A program made the translations under genes and the position numbers. This document shows, one piece after another, positions 38,280 through 48,584 of a stretch of 64,000 bases of DNA. The notes beneath the pieces were generated by a model, which was not told the origin of the DNA, searched no databases, and worked only from the letters and a program-made list of their open reading frames with translations. This DNA comes from Candidatus Bathyarchaeia archaeon (lineage in GTDB: Archaea > Thermoproteota > Bathyarchaeia > Bathyarchaeales > Bathycorpusculaceae): assembly GCA_038883795.1 (NCBI GenBank), contig JAVZLK010000004.1, forward strand, positions 1 to 64,000, in the 5' to 3' direction. Positions within the stretch are counted from its first letter, which is position 1; every line of letters starts with the position of its first letter.

Positions 38280-38845
38280 TCAGATTTCACCCTCTCATAA
38301 GCTTCTTTTATAACTGCAAAATTTTTCTCAGCCACACCCAACCTAAAACGCTCCTTAATGACTTTTTCTAGGCTTTCCAATTTTACCAGCTGGGTTACGC
38401 GGGCTACAGCGCCTAGCATGGCTGTGTTTGTTATGGACATTCCTAAAATGTTTATGGCGATTTCCGTAGCTGGAACAGTCCAAACCTTGCCTTTATTCAT
38501 ATTAAGTGTTTTTCGCATTTCCGCTGGATCATCCTTAGAGTTAATTATGATTGTTCCTTCTTCATTTAATCCTTCGGTGACAGAAACCGTTTTCAGCAGT
38601 GTTGGGTCCAAAACCACTACAACGTCGGGATTATAAACTGCACAGTGTATGTTGATTGGCTCTGTGCTTATTCTTGTGAAGGCTGTTACTGGTGCGCCCA
38701 TTCTCTCTGGACCAAACTCTGGAAAGGATTGGATAAACTTCCCCTCATAGATGGCTGCACGAGCTAGGAGTTCGCTGGCTGTCCATGCTCCTTGTCCACC
38801 TCTGCCATGCCATCTAACTTCCAAGATTTTTTTCAATATGCTCAT
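38276..38845 (-). CDS. porC: Pyruvate:ferredoxin oxidoreductase gamma subunit
   Basis: EVRWHGRGGQG, FGPERMGAPV, NTAMLGA; ATG 38845 (track start 38926). Confidence 0.95.
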   Translation of the reverse strand: MSILKKILEVRWHGRGGQGAWTASELLARAAIYEGKFIQSFPEFGPERMGAPVTAFTRISTEPINIHCAVYNPDVVVVLDPTLLKTVSVTEGLNEEGTIIINSKDDPAEMRKTLNMNKGKVWTVPATEIAINILGMSITNTAMLGAVARVTQLVKLESLEKVIKERFRLGVAEKNFAVIKEAYERVKSE

Positions 38846-39040
38846 TCTCCATGAGTCTTCCAAGCTAATTGGGAAATCTAACATATACATTTTTCTATAC
38901 CGCGCGAAAGAAACGGGACAAGGCATATCAAATTTTAAATTTTCAAATTATTCAATGAAACAGCAATATTGTAACCATAATTCTTAAGTGGTAAAATTTT
39001 TCAATTAAATTTTTTAGACAACCAAGGGGCTGCGAAAATA

Positions 39041-40537
39041 ATGCCAGAAGCGGCAGCCAACACGGTGCTTTTGACGGCAGACAAAACATTAATGAGCGAT
39101 TATCATCGAAACATATTTTTGGGTTTTGGAACATGCGCCCCGCCGAATGTTATTCCAAACTGGCTTTACAGTTGGCTTTTCTTCCCACCAATAAAAACAA
39201 AAAATGGCATACCAATCGCAGCTCCATATGGACTAAGGAAAATTGAAGCTCAACTTTTAAGCGAAGGCTTCAACGTATTAACTGTTGCACCAGACCACCT
39301 TAAAAAGTACATAGACAAGGCAAAGGTTTTGGGTATATATGTCATGGACCCCTTCGGTTTGGGTCCAGCCTCAAGCACCTTCGCCTACATCCTTAAGAAA
39401 GAACCCTTTTTAGCGCAGCATTTCCGAGCCCTCTTAGATAAGCCGGAAGTCAGATGGGCTAAAAAGCATGGATTAAAGATTATTGTTGGCGGTCCTGGTG
39501 TTTGGCAGTTTCGTTATAGGCCAAAGTTTGTTGAAGAGTATGGAATAGACTGCATAATTGAGGGAGAAGCGGAAAAAGTCATAGGAAAAATTGTCCACGC
39601 AGCCCTTAACGGTGAAGAACTTCCAAAATATTATGAGGTTGGCATTAAAGAGGTGCCAGCCTTAAATGAGATTCCAGAAATTGTGAATCCTTCTATTGAT
39701 GGATTGGTGGAAGTTGGGCGTGGATGCTGTAGGGGATGCGAATTCTGCAGCGTAACATTAAAACCCTTAAGATGGTATCCCTACGAGAAAATACTGCGAG
39801 AAATTGACGTGAACATGAACTTTGGAGACATTAACTGGGCTTGCCTCCATGCGGAAGACGTTATGCTTTACGGCTCAAACAACACTATACCAAACGATGA
39901 AAAGCTCATTAAACTCCATCAATTGGTTTTAAAAAAGTGTGATGGAATAAGCTGGAGCCACTGTTCCTTAGCTGCTATCACATCAAAACCAAAACTTTTC
40001 TCGCAAATCGCCCAACTCATACTCCAAAAACAACCTTGGTGGGGTGCTGAGATTGGAATAGAAACGGGCTCGCCAAAACTTGCAGAAAAAATCATGCCAG
40101 CAAAAGCCCACCCCTTTAAGCCGCAGGAATGGCCAGAGGTTGTCCGCGCCAGCATGGGCTTGATGCATGATAATAAGCTGATTCCAGCTTGCACATTGAT
40201 TGTTGGCATGTTAGAAGAAACAGAAGAAGACATAATCAAGACCATAGAATTGGTAGAAGACCTTAAAGGTGTTAGAAGCTTAATCGTGCCTTTATTTTTT
40301 GTTCCCTTAGGCAGGTTGAAAGATAGAGAATGGTTTAAGGGAACCCAAATGACCGAACTGCATAAAGAATTATTAATCACATGCCTAAAACACGACTTTT
40401 ACTGGATAGAAAACCTAATAGACTTGGCTTTTGCAGGAAAATGGTACGCACACTTACTTCATCCATTTTACAAAGGTTTCGTAAAAATTGTTAAGAATAG
40501 AGCCATAAAGGCTGGAATAACAATAAAAACCAGCTAA
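39041..40537 (+). CDS. B12-binding-domain radical SAM protein (Grs/Gms/Gmm-like tetraether lipid modification family)
   Basis: VLLTADKTLMSDY, APYGLRKIEA, IIVGGPG, EVGRGCCRGCEFC (CxxxCxxC), GIETGS. Confidence 0.8.
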   Translation: MPEAAANTVLLTADKTLMSDYHRNIFLGFGTCAPPNVIPNWLYSWLFFPPIKTKNGIPIAAPYGLRKIEAQLLSEGFNVLTVAPDHLKKYIDKAKVLGIYVMDPFGLGPASSTFAYILKKEPFLAQHFRALLDKPEVRWAKKHGLKIIVGGPGVWQFRYRPKFVEEYGIDCIIEGEAEKVIGKIVHAALNGEELPKYYEVGIKEVPALNEIPEIVNPSIDGLVEVGRGCCRGCEFCSVTLKPLRWYPYEKILREIDVNMNFGDINWACLHAEDVMLYGSNNTIPNDEKLIKLHQLVLKKCDGISWSHCSLAAITSKPKLFSQIAQLILQKQPWWGAEIGIETGSPKLAEKIMPAKAHPFKPQEWPEVVRASMGLMHDNKLIPACTLIVGMLEETEEDIIKTIELVEDLKGVRSLIVPLFFVPLGRLKDREWFKGTQMTELHKELLITCLKHDFYWIENLIDLAFAGKWYAHLLHPFYKGFVKIVKNRAIKAGITIKTS

Positions 40538-40589
40538 TAACTAAACTTAAATATCACTCAAAACTCAAAATCACAAGGCAACACAGGGA

Positions 40590-40663
40590 GCCGCCGTAGC
40601 TCAGTTCGGTAGAGCGGCTGGCTGTTAACCAGTCGGTCGTAGGTTCAAGTCCTACCGGCGGCG
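40590..40663 (+). tRNA. tRNA-Asn(GTT)
   Basis: GCCGCCGTAGCTCAGTTCGGTAGAGCGGCTGGCT-GTT-AACCAGTCGGTCGTAGGTTCAAGTCCTACCGGCGGCG; CCA not encoded. Confidence 0.95.
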
Positions 40664-40805
40664 CCTCTAAAATTTATAAGGTTTCGCTCTGTTAAATTGG
40701 ATACCCTCTCTAGAATTTTCATTAAAATTAGAGAATGCGAAAAGAGAAGTTTTATCATAATTTATAAGTCATGAGGAGAATATAACATTAAAAGGAGGAC
40801 AGTTA

Positions 40806-41135
40806 ATGAAAGAGGATTTTTCTAAGCTAATTTCTATAAAGAAGTGTCCAATTTGTGGAGGAGAACTCGAGAGAGGATATATATTTTCATCTTCTACCAT
40901 TCGCTGGGATTTGGAGAAGCCTAAATTTTCATGGGTTTGGACGTTTAGAGATATTGTACCTTTTTGGAATGCTCCAGCCTTAAGATGCGAACAATGTGAA
41001 ATTGTAATTTTCGATTGGGAAGAATATGTGAGTTCAACAACGCCAAAGAGCTTTATGAAGAAATGCGTAAAATGCGGCAAGGAAATCCCAATAGCTGAAC
41101 TACAATGTCCATACTGCGGTTCCAAGCAAAATTGA
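40806..41135 (+). CDS. Double Zn-ribbon protein
   Basis: CPICGGELERG..RCEQC; CVKCG..CPYCG. Confidence 0.8.
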   Translation: MKEDFSKLISIKKCPICGGELERGYIFSSSTIRWDLEKPKFSWVWTFRDIVPFWNAPALRCEQCEIVIFDWEEYVSSTTPKSFMKKCVKCGKEIPIAELQCPYCGSKQN

Positions 41136-41191
41136 CAATATTCACGCATTGCATCCTTCTTTAGCGACCAAAAACGTTAAGCAAGAAAAGC

Positions 41192-41524
41192 TTATGTCTT
41201 ATTGATTTTTGCTTCTTTTCTGATCATCGAGACTTGCGTGGACATAAGCGGCGTTGGCATACTTGCCACTATGGGACGTTTTTGTATATGCTTATATCCA
41301 CATTCACATTTGAAGCCAATTATTTCGCCTCCACGTTTTATTATTTGCCACTTTCGTCCATTACAGCTGATGTCTTGTTTGTGAATTTTCCACAGAAGTC
41401 TTGCTTCATATGGCGTGAGAGGGGCATAATGTTTTGCTGATGTGAAATACCATGTTGCATAAACTACAAATATTGTCCACAAGGTGAAGGCAAGTATTTC
41501 TAGTGGTTCGAACATTTTTCTCAC
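41192..41524 (-). CDS. Small membrane-anchored protein with putative metal-binding His/Cys
   Basis: N-terminal TM; LWKIHKQ..C..CECG. Confidence 0.7.
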   Translation of the reverse strand: MRKMFEPLEILAFTLWTIFVVYATWYFTSAKHYAPLTPYEARLLWKIHKQDISCNGRKWQIIKRGGEIIGFKCECGYKHIQKRPIVASMPTPLMSTQVSMIRKEAKINKT

Positions 41525-41549
41525 GTGTTTTTGTGTTCTACATATATAC

Positions 41550-41573
41550 GATATGTCCTTTGTTTGACATATC
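41550..41573. promoter_or_regulatory. Operator-like inverted repeat GATATGTC-N8-GACATATC
   Basis: Perfect 8-bp arms in the 5' region of the 41192-41524 gene. Confidence 0.45.
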
Positions 41574-41640
41574 TAAGTTGAGAATATTATCTCTTACGAT
41601 ATAAGCATTATGTAAGATTCCGAATACTAAACCCTAAAAC

Positions 41641-42114
41641 CTAAAACTGTTGAAGAACATCTCGCTTCTCCATAATATACCCACAATAATGACACTTCAA
41701 AATAAGCGGCTCTTCACTTTCAACATAAAATTTAGCCACAACAGGTTCATTACTATTGCTTATACAAGCAGGATTAGCACATTTAATAATGTCCTCAATA
41801 ACCTTTGGCAACTGAACCCTTTGTTTAGCCACAACATTATAATCACGGATAATGTTAATTGTGGCGTGGGGCGCCAACAAGGCAATTTTATGCACTTCTT
41901 GGGGGTTTAATTCCCTGCCCTCAATCTTGACAATATCCTTAACTTTAAAACGCTTACTTGGAACATTAATGGCAATTGTAATAATGCCCTTCTCTCTTCC
42001 AGTTATTCCCAAAATTCTAGCCACATCTAAGGCGTGACCGCCAGTTATATGGTCAATAACAGTGCCATCCTTAATTTTTGAAACGTGCAGCATCGTATCG
42101 CTCATGCGTACCAT
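41641..42114 (-). CDS. pyrI: Aspartate carbamoyltransferase regulatory subunit
   Basis: IKDGTVIDHI, KDIVKIEG, CANPACISN, CHYC. Confidence 0.95.
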   Translation of the reverse strand: MVRMSDTMLHVSKIKDGTVIDHITGGHALDVARILGITGREKGIITIAINVPSKRFKVKDIVKIEGRELNPQEVHKIALLAPHATINIIRDYNVVAKQRVQLPKVIEDIIKCANPACISNSNEPVVAKFYVESEEPLILKCHYCGYIMEKRDVLQQF

Positions 42115-42199
42115 CTCTCTGTGAAGAGGCTATAATCTAAACAAGCATAAAAGATTTTAACTGTTCTGGCAGTGGTTGCTGATAAAAGTTATTTAGTAG

Positions 42200-43147
<948 letters not shown>

Positions 43148-43156
43148 CATTCGAAA

Positions 43157-45370
43157 TTAGACTGATGCAAAACGGTCAAAGGACGTCAGTGTGTCTATTG
43201 CTCCACATGATGGGCATTTATGCAAAAGTCCGAACCAGCTTCTTTTGCAGTTGAAGCAATAAGTCAGTTTGCAGTCATAAGTGAAAAATTCAATGCTGTA
43301 ACCCTCGAAAATTTGTTTGGTTAAAGCCATAAGCTCTTCAGGTTTATGTTCAGCATCTCCAAGCTCTATTATCGTTAAGCTTCCACCAGAATAAAGCCTC
43401 TGCATTTCCTGTTCAAATCTTAAGGCTTCTGGACTAATTTTTCCATCACTTAATGTTAGTTTGCTGACTGTTGAATAGTATGGTTTTTCCCTTGTTCCCG
43501 AGAATCGAATTTTCGCTACGCCGAATCTTTCAATGTCTAATCTTGCCAACCTTTCGGAAGCTTCAAAATCGGGTAATTTCGCTGGGACTAAGTTTTTTTC
43601 GCGTCTTCTGTCAATTTTGTGTGTATAATCCAAAATGTTTTGCATAATTTCTCTGGTAAAATCAAATGTTCTTTCATCTTCGCCAACATTTTTTCGGCAA
43701 AAGGCTTCGATTGTTTCTTTTAATCCTGCCAAATTTATTATGCAAGAACAGTTCTCATTTCTAAAATATCGGTCACCATTAATGTTTTGCAGTAGAAATG
43801 GAAGCAAACCTTTACCATGCTGTTTAATGGATTTATGCTTGATTTCTAAAGCCCGCGATGCCAAATCAAGCCTCTCTTTTAACGTCTGAAAGAATTTTGC
43901 CTTATCCCCTTCGCTTTCATATGCAATGCGTGGCAAATTAAGAGTTACATGGGCTAATTTTCCCGTGCGCAAAGTATCTATTTCCCAATCCCCATCCAAA
44001 CTCGCCCCTAGCCTAAATCCAGAGGCGGAGAAAACACTTTGCCTTTCCTCTTCTTTTAGGAGATTAGCAAAATAGGGTATTCCCCTTTCTGAAGCCAGTT
44101 GATGCGCCTTAAAAATTATGGCCTCCGCTTTCTCGTCTGCGAAGGCTTCTGGGCGTATTTTCAGAATAAGTTTTGGATTAAGTAAGGGCTTACTTGCGCT
44201 TTCTTCAATAAATATGTCGAGGAGAAGGGAAGCCAAATTTTGACTTTCCTCAAAGAAATCTCGATAATTACCCGCTAATTTTCCAGAGACTCCCACAGCT
44301 GGCTTGTTTGCAATAAAACCTGGAAGCGTCGGCTCAAGGCTTATGGAAACGTTCGCATGCTGATTTAGATTAATAATGAATAAGCGTAAAGCTTCCTTAA
44401 CCTCTGAAGCGCCTAAGCCTTTTACAAAGGGAGCGAGAAAAACATTAAAATACTCAAGGGTTTGCGTTTCGCATATTTCCTTGGACGAATGCAAAAGAAC
44501 ATTAAAAATGAGGGAAAGGGCTGTTTCCAAATTTTTAGGAGGAGGGAAAGAAAATTGAGAAGCATTTATTTTCTCTAATTTCAAGCCATTCTGGAAGAAA
44601 AATCTCAAATCATGCACAATCTCGCTTGGCTTCAAAATCCAAGAACCAAGCCCACTTATGTGCATTGAACCGGACAAGTGGGCGTCTGCAATATCCCTTG
44701 GAAAAACGTTTAGAAGCGTAAACTCTTTTAAAACAATGTCGCCAGCCGTTTCATGAATGTAAACCGGCCACTGGGGAGTTTTACTTTTCAAGTCGACAAG
44801 GGCTGCAACGTCATAGACTGGAAGCCCCAGCCTTGTGAGTTTGTGACGGTAATCTTCCAAGCCTTTTTCAATCAAAATTGCGTTTACAACCTCCCTCACA
44901 AGGGGCGCCGTCAAATACTTGGGCTTTGACTTAAGCAGCCTTTTTTCTGCTTCTTTGGCAACCTTTTGCGCCAAATCAGCAGGCATCTTCGTCTCTCTTA
45001 TGAGCGAATTAGCTATTTTGCTAACATCAAACTCCTCAAGTGTGAATTTGGAAGTGCGGACAAGCATGCTTCTGGGCTTGAAGGCTCTCTTTTCAATTCG
45101 CTCCGCCACCTCAATAACCATCTCGCCCAAATCCGTTAAACAATACTTTTTTGCTTCCACGTCTGCCTCAATCAAATCCGCCTTCAACAAAAACTTCAAG
45201 TGATAAGCAAACCTTCCAGCATCCCTTGTGGGGTTCATCTTCAAAGAACCCATCAACTCAGTATAGGAAAGGGGACCCCTATCAAAAAGCAAATTCAAAA
45301 TCTGTAGCCTAACTGGTGAAGAAACAGCTTTGAGTATCCTAACTCCCCGCACACGATGTGGAACAGACAA
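43157..45370 (-). CDS. nrdD: ArsR-wHTH + ATP-cone + anaerobic (class III) ribonucleotide reductase-like fusion, apparently catalytically inactive
   Basis: N-terminal LKAVSSPVRLQIL..FAYHLKFL; ATP cone LTAPLVREVV; RLGLPVYD, ADAHLSG, TLNLPRIAY, RLARLD, Zn ribbon CFNC..CPSCG. No RxxGY motif and no GCR cysteine. Confidence 0.85.
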   Translation of the reverse strand: MSVPHRVRGVRILKAVSSPVRLQILNLLFDRGPLSYTELMGSLKMNPTRDAGRFAYHLKFLLKADLIEADVEAKKYCLTDLGEMVIEVAERIEKRAFKPRSMLVRTSKFTLEEFDVSKIANSLIRETKMPADLAQKVAKEAEKRLLKSKPKYLTAPLVREVVNAILIEKGLEDYRHKLTRLGLPVYDVAALVDLKSKTPQWPVYIHETAGDIVLKEFTLLNVFPRDIADAHLSGSMHISGLGSWILKPSEIVHDLRFFFQNGLKLEKINASQFSFPPPKNLETALSLIFNVLLHSSKEICETQTLEYFNVFLAPFVKGLGASEVKEALRLFIINLNQHANVSISLEPTLPGFIANKPAVGVSGKLAGNYRDFFEESQNLASLLLDIFIEESASKPLLNPKLILKIRPEAFADEKAEAIIFKAHQLASERGIPYFANLLKEEERQSVFSASGFRLGASLDGDWEIDTLRTGKLAHVTLNLPRIAYESEGDKAKFFQTLKERLDLASRALEIKHKSIKQHGKGLLPFLLQNINGDRYFRNENCSCIINLAGLKETIEAFCRKNVGEDERTFDFTREIMQNILDYTHKIDRRREKNLVPAKLPDFEASERLARLDIERFGVAKIRFSGTREKPYYSTVSKLTLSDGKISPEALRFEQEMQRLYSGGSLTIIELGDAEHKPEELMALTKQIFEGYSIEFFTYDCKLTYCFNCKRSWFGLLHKCPSCGAIDTLTSFDRFASV

Positions 45371-45475
45371 AGGCTCAGCCTCCAGCCCGGTAAAGGCAAT
45401 TAGCGAAATAAGGGTTTAAAAGGTAAGAACACTTTATCCTTATATGCTTTTCAATCACTAAAAATCTTAAAGAGG

Positions 45476-45553
45476 GGGGCTGTCGGCTAGCTTGGTCTAG
45501 GCTTGGAGACTCGGGCTCTCTAGACCCCGGTTCAAATCCGGGCAGCCCCACCA
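45476..45553 (+). tRNA. tRNA-Pro(CGG)
   Basis: GGGGCTGTCGGCTAGCTTGGTCTAGGCTTGGAGACT-CGG-GCTCTCTAGACCCCGGTTCAAATCCGGGCAGCCCCACCA. Confidence 0.93.
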
Positions 45554-45563
45554 AGCTTTGAGT

Positions 45564-47516
45564 TTAAACCTCTGAAAGAGGGAGCAAGGTCAAAATTCTG
45601 AAGGCTGTTCCTCCAAATAGGATGGCGAAGGTTATCTCGAAAATTGTTATGTATACTGCTTTTTTCCATCCGAACTCTTTGGTTAAGGCTGCAATTGTTG
45701 ATATGCATGGTATGTAAAACATGGCTACCAGTGTGAAAACAACCATTTGGACGGGTCCGAATCCTGGAATTTCTGCGAAATTTGTTGTTCCAAAAAGCGT
45801 TGCAAGCATGATTAACGTTAATTCTTTCCTTAAAACGCCAAAAATTAATGTTATTCCCGTAATTGCGGGCAGTCCAAGCCATGCGACTGTTATGGGGCTT
45901 AACAAGTTTGCGATTGGCTCAAGTAAACCCAATATTTCGATAAGTTTTATGGTGATGCTTCCAACAATTATTATTGGAAAAGCTATTTTTATGAACTCAG
46001 CCAGCCTAAACCATGCTTGCTTTAAAATTGTCTTTAAATGGGGCAGTCGGTAATCAGACATTTCCATAATTAGGGCTGTGGGTTCGCCTGGCAATGCTTT
46101 AAATGCGAGTCTTCCAAGGATGAAGATTATGGCTAGGTTGAAAATGTAAAGGGCTAATGCGTATTGAACTCCTAAATATGTGCCAACTAAACCGAGGATT
46201 ATGACTGTGCGGGCTGCGCATGGAACAAGCGTTGTTACAAAGGCTGCGAGAAGTCTTTCCCTTTGGGTTTCCATTATTCTACATCCCAAACAGGCGGGAA
46301 CGTTGCATCCATAACCGAGAATTAGCGGGATGAAGGCTTTTCCATGCAGTCCCATTTTGTGCATTATGTTGTCCATTAAGAAGGCGATTCGGCTCAGGTA
46401 GCCCGAATCTTCAAGGAAGTATAGTATAATGTAAAATGGGACTATGTAGGGCAGTGCTATTGTGACGCCAGCAAGGATGCCTTCCAAAGCGCTCCAAACT
46501 ATTTTCCCAAAAATTTCTGTTCCAAAAAAGCTTTCAAAAGCGGGTCTCCAGTTGTAAAATAAATTGTTTAATGCATCTGAGGTGTATCCTCCGAAGGTGA
46601 AAATTGAATAGAATATTAAGAGCAGCGAGAAAGCCATTATTGGGTATCCCATGACCTTATGGGTTGTAATGTTGTGAAGTTGCTCCCCAAACTTTGGCTT
46701 TATTGGAGAAACCAGTTTTTGGGCTTCTCTGGCGATGCAGCCAGCAATTTCGTAACGCTCCGAAGTTATCACCGTTGAGCAAGAATGTCCATGAAGCTTT
46801 TCGATTTCTTTTGCAAGTTTTTTGGCTGCAGAAACTATTTTTGGATTAACTTTCGCGACTTCCCTCTCTATTTCTTCGTCTCCTTCCAGCAATTTGATTG
46901 CTACATATCTTGGCGGATACCAAAATTGGATGGGTTCAACCATTTTTGTGAGTTCGGCTATTTTCTTTTCAACCTCTTCCCCAAACCTCACTGGAACACG
47001 ATTTGCCGCTAATCCTTTTTCAGCCACTTCTATTGCTTTTTCTAAAAGTTGAAAGACGCCAACCCCTTTTATGGCAACGGTTGGGATGACTGGTATTCCT
47101 AAAAGCTTCTCCAGTTTTTCCACATCTATTTGAATTCCTTTTCTCTTTGCCATATCCATTTGATTTAATGCTATAACCATAGGGGTTTCCAATTCCATAA
47201 GCTGCAGCGTAAAGTAGAGGTTTCTTTCAAGAACCGAAGCATCCACAACATTTATTACAACATCTGGTTTTTCCACAGCAATATATTTTCTTGAAATCAA
47301 CTCTTCTAGGGAATAGGTTGAAAGCGAATAAATTCCGGGCAAATCAATAATGTCTATAGTGTAGCCCTTAAAGTGAAGCGTGCCCTCCGCTTTTTCAACA
47401 GTTTTTCCAGGCCAATTGCCAATATGCTGATGCAAACCAGTTAGGTAGTTGAATATGACGGATTTTCCAACATTGGCGTTTCCAGCCAAAGCAATGAGCA
47501 GTTTCTTCTTAGCCAT
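45564..47516 (-). CDS. feoB: Ferrous iron transporter B
   Basis: GNANVGKS, GNWPGKTVE, DLPGIYSL, NQMD, GYGCNVPA; membrane domain. Confidence 0.97.
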   Translation of the reverse strand: MAKKKLLIALAGNANVGKSVIFNYLTGLHQHIGNWPGKTVEKAEGTLHFKGYTIDIIDLPGIYSLSTYSLEELISRKYIAVEKPDVVINVVDASVLERNLYFTLQLMELETPMVIALNQMDMAKRKGIQIDVEKLEKLLGIPVIPTVAIKGVGVFQLLEKAIEVAEKGLAANRVPVRFGEEVEKKIAELTKMVEPIQFWYPPRYVAIKLLEGDEEIEREVAKVNPKIVSAAKKLAKEIEKLHGHSCSTVITSERYEIAGCIAREAQKLVSPIKPKFGEQLHNITTHKVMGYPIMAFSLLLIFYSIFTFGGYTSDALNNLFYNWRPAFESFFGTEIFGKIVWSALEGILAGVTIALPYIVPFYIILYFLEDSGYLSRIAFLMDNIMHKMGLHGKAFIPLILGYGCNVPACLGCRIMETQRERLLAAFVTTLVPCAARTVIILGLVGTYLGVQYALALYIFNLAIIFILGRLAFKALPGEPTALIMEMSDYRLPHLKTILKQAWFRLAEFIKIAFPIIIVGSITIKLIEILGLLEPIANLLSPITVAWLGLPAITGITLIFGVLRKELTLIMLATLFGTTNFAEIPGFGPVQMVVFTLVAMFYIPCISTIAALTKEFGWKKAVYITIFEITFAILFGGTAFRILTLLPLSEV

Positions 47517-47792
47517 TTACCGTTCTATCTCCACGAGAATTTTCTCTGCCATGCCTCTGCCAATGGCAAGCCTTGAGCCTCTCACAAGAATTTCTAACGG
47601 TCCATGGAAAGGGGCTGATTTTACTACGGTTACTTTTGTGCCCGGAGTTAAACCCATGTCCATGAGTCGCTTTTCAAATCCCCATCTTCCACGTCCTCTT
47701 CCCCTTCCTCTGCCGTGTCCTGCCTTTACAGAAGTAACTATTCCAGTCTCTCCATCCTTCAGTGCGGTCAATGGAACTTCCCGTTTTTCCAT
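47517..47792 (-). CDS. feoA: Ferrous iron transport protein A
   Basis: RLMDMGLTPG..APFHGPLEILVRGSRLAIGRG; track start 47810. Confidence 0.93.
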   Translation of the reverse strand: MEKREVPLTALKDGETGIVTSVKAGHGRGRGRGRGRWGFEKRLMDMGLTPGTKVTVVKSAPFHGPLEILVRGSRLAIGRGMAEKILVEIER

Positions 47793-47806
47793 AAAATCAC
47801 AACCTT

Positions 47807-48478
47807 TCATTTTAACTGTTTAACTTGGATGACCGAGGCGACTTGACGACTTATTGCATGGCGATTTGAACCCACCTTTACGGTGATTGGGCCACTCATG
47901 GGAGCTTTATCCAAAATCTCTATGGAGGCTCCGGGCACAAGACCCAGCTTACCCAAATATTGAAGCAATTCCACATGTTCTTCTGTTATTTTCACTATCG
48001 TTCCTTTCCTTCCTGTGGCAAAATCGGTTAGAGGCAGCGATTTTTCTTCTATTATTCCACCGCATGCTGTGGGTATGGGGTTTCCGTGGGGACAGGTTTT
48101 TGGATGTTTAAGCGCTTTCTCTAAAGGTTTGATTATTTCCTTTGTTATGCCATGTTCCAACTTGCAAGCTGCATCGTGAACCTTCTCCCATTCTATATGG
48201 AGGATGTCCACAAGCAAACGTTCCGATAAGCGATGCCTTCTTATAACTTGTAAGGCTATTTTTCTACCCTTTTCCGTAAGCTTAACGCCTTTGTAAGGTG
48301 AATGCGTCAAAAATCCTTCCTTTTCGAGGCGTTCCACAGTGTTTGTAACTGTTCCAGGCACAACCCCAAGCATTTTAACGATATCACTGGTTCTGGCGGC
48401 TCCGCTCTTTTCCTCCAGCCTATAAATACATTCGAGATATTCTTCTGTGGCTGCTGTGATTTCTTCGTTTTCAGACAT
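47807..48478 (-). CDS. DtxR/MntR metal-dependent repressor with FeoA domain
   Basis: EEYLECIY, RRHRLSERLL, ACKLEH, CPHGNPIP; ATG 48478 (track start 48565). Confidence 0.93.
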   Translation of the reverse strand: MSENEEITAATEEYLECIYRLEEKSGAARTSDIVKMLGVVPGTVTNTVERLEKEGFLTHSPYKGVKLTEKGRKIALQVIRRHRLSERLLVDILHIEWEKVHDAACKLEHGITKEIIKPLEKALKHPKTCPHGNPIPTACGGIIEEKSLPLTDFATGRKGTIVKITEEHVELLQYLGKLGLVPGASIEILDKAPMSGPITVKVGSNRHAISRQVASVIQVKQLK

Positions 48479-48584
48479 TTTACGAGCTCTCCAAATTAAA
48501 ATTACGAGAAGTCGTATTTTAACTTTCTCAAAGCATAAATCTTTTATGCGGTCGCCAAAAAACATTCAATTCGAGGAAAATTTT

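Noticed and set aside
45532-45882. ORFs overlapping tRNA-Pro (also 54679-55056 over tRNA-Ser)
   Set aside because: Off-frame or antisense to clear tRNA and CDS features.
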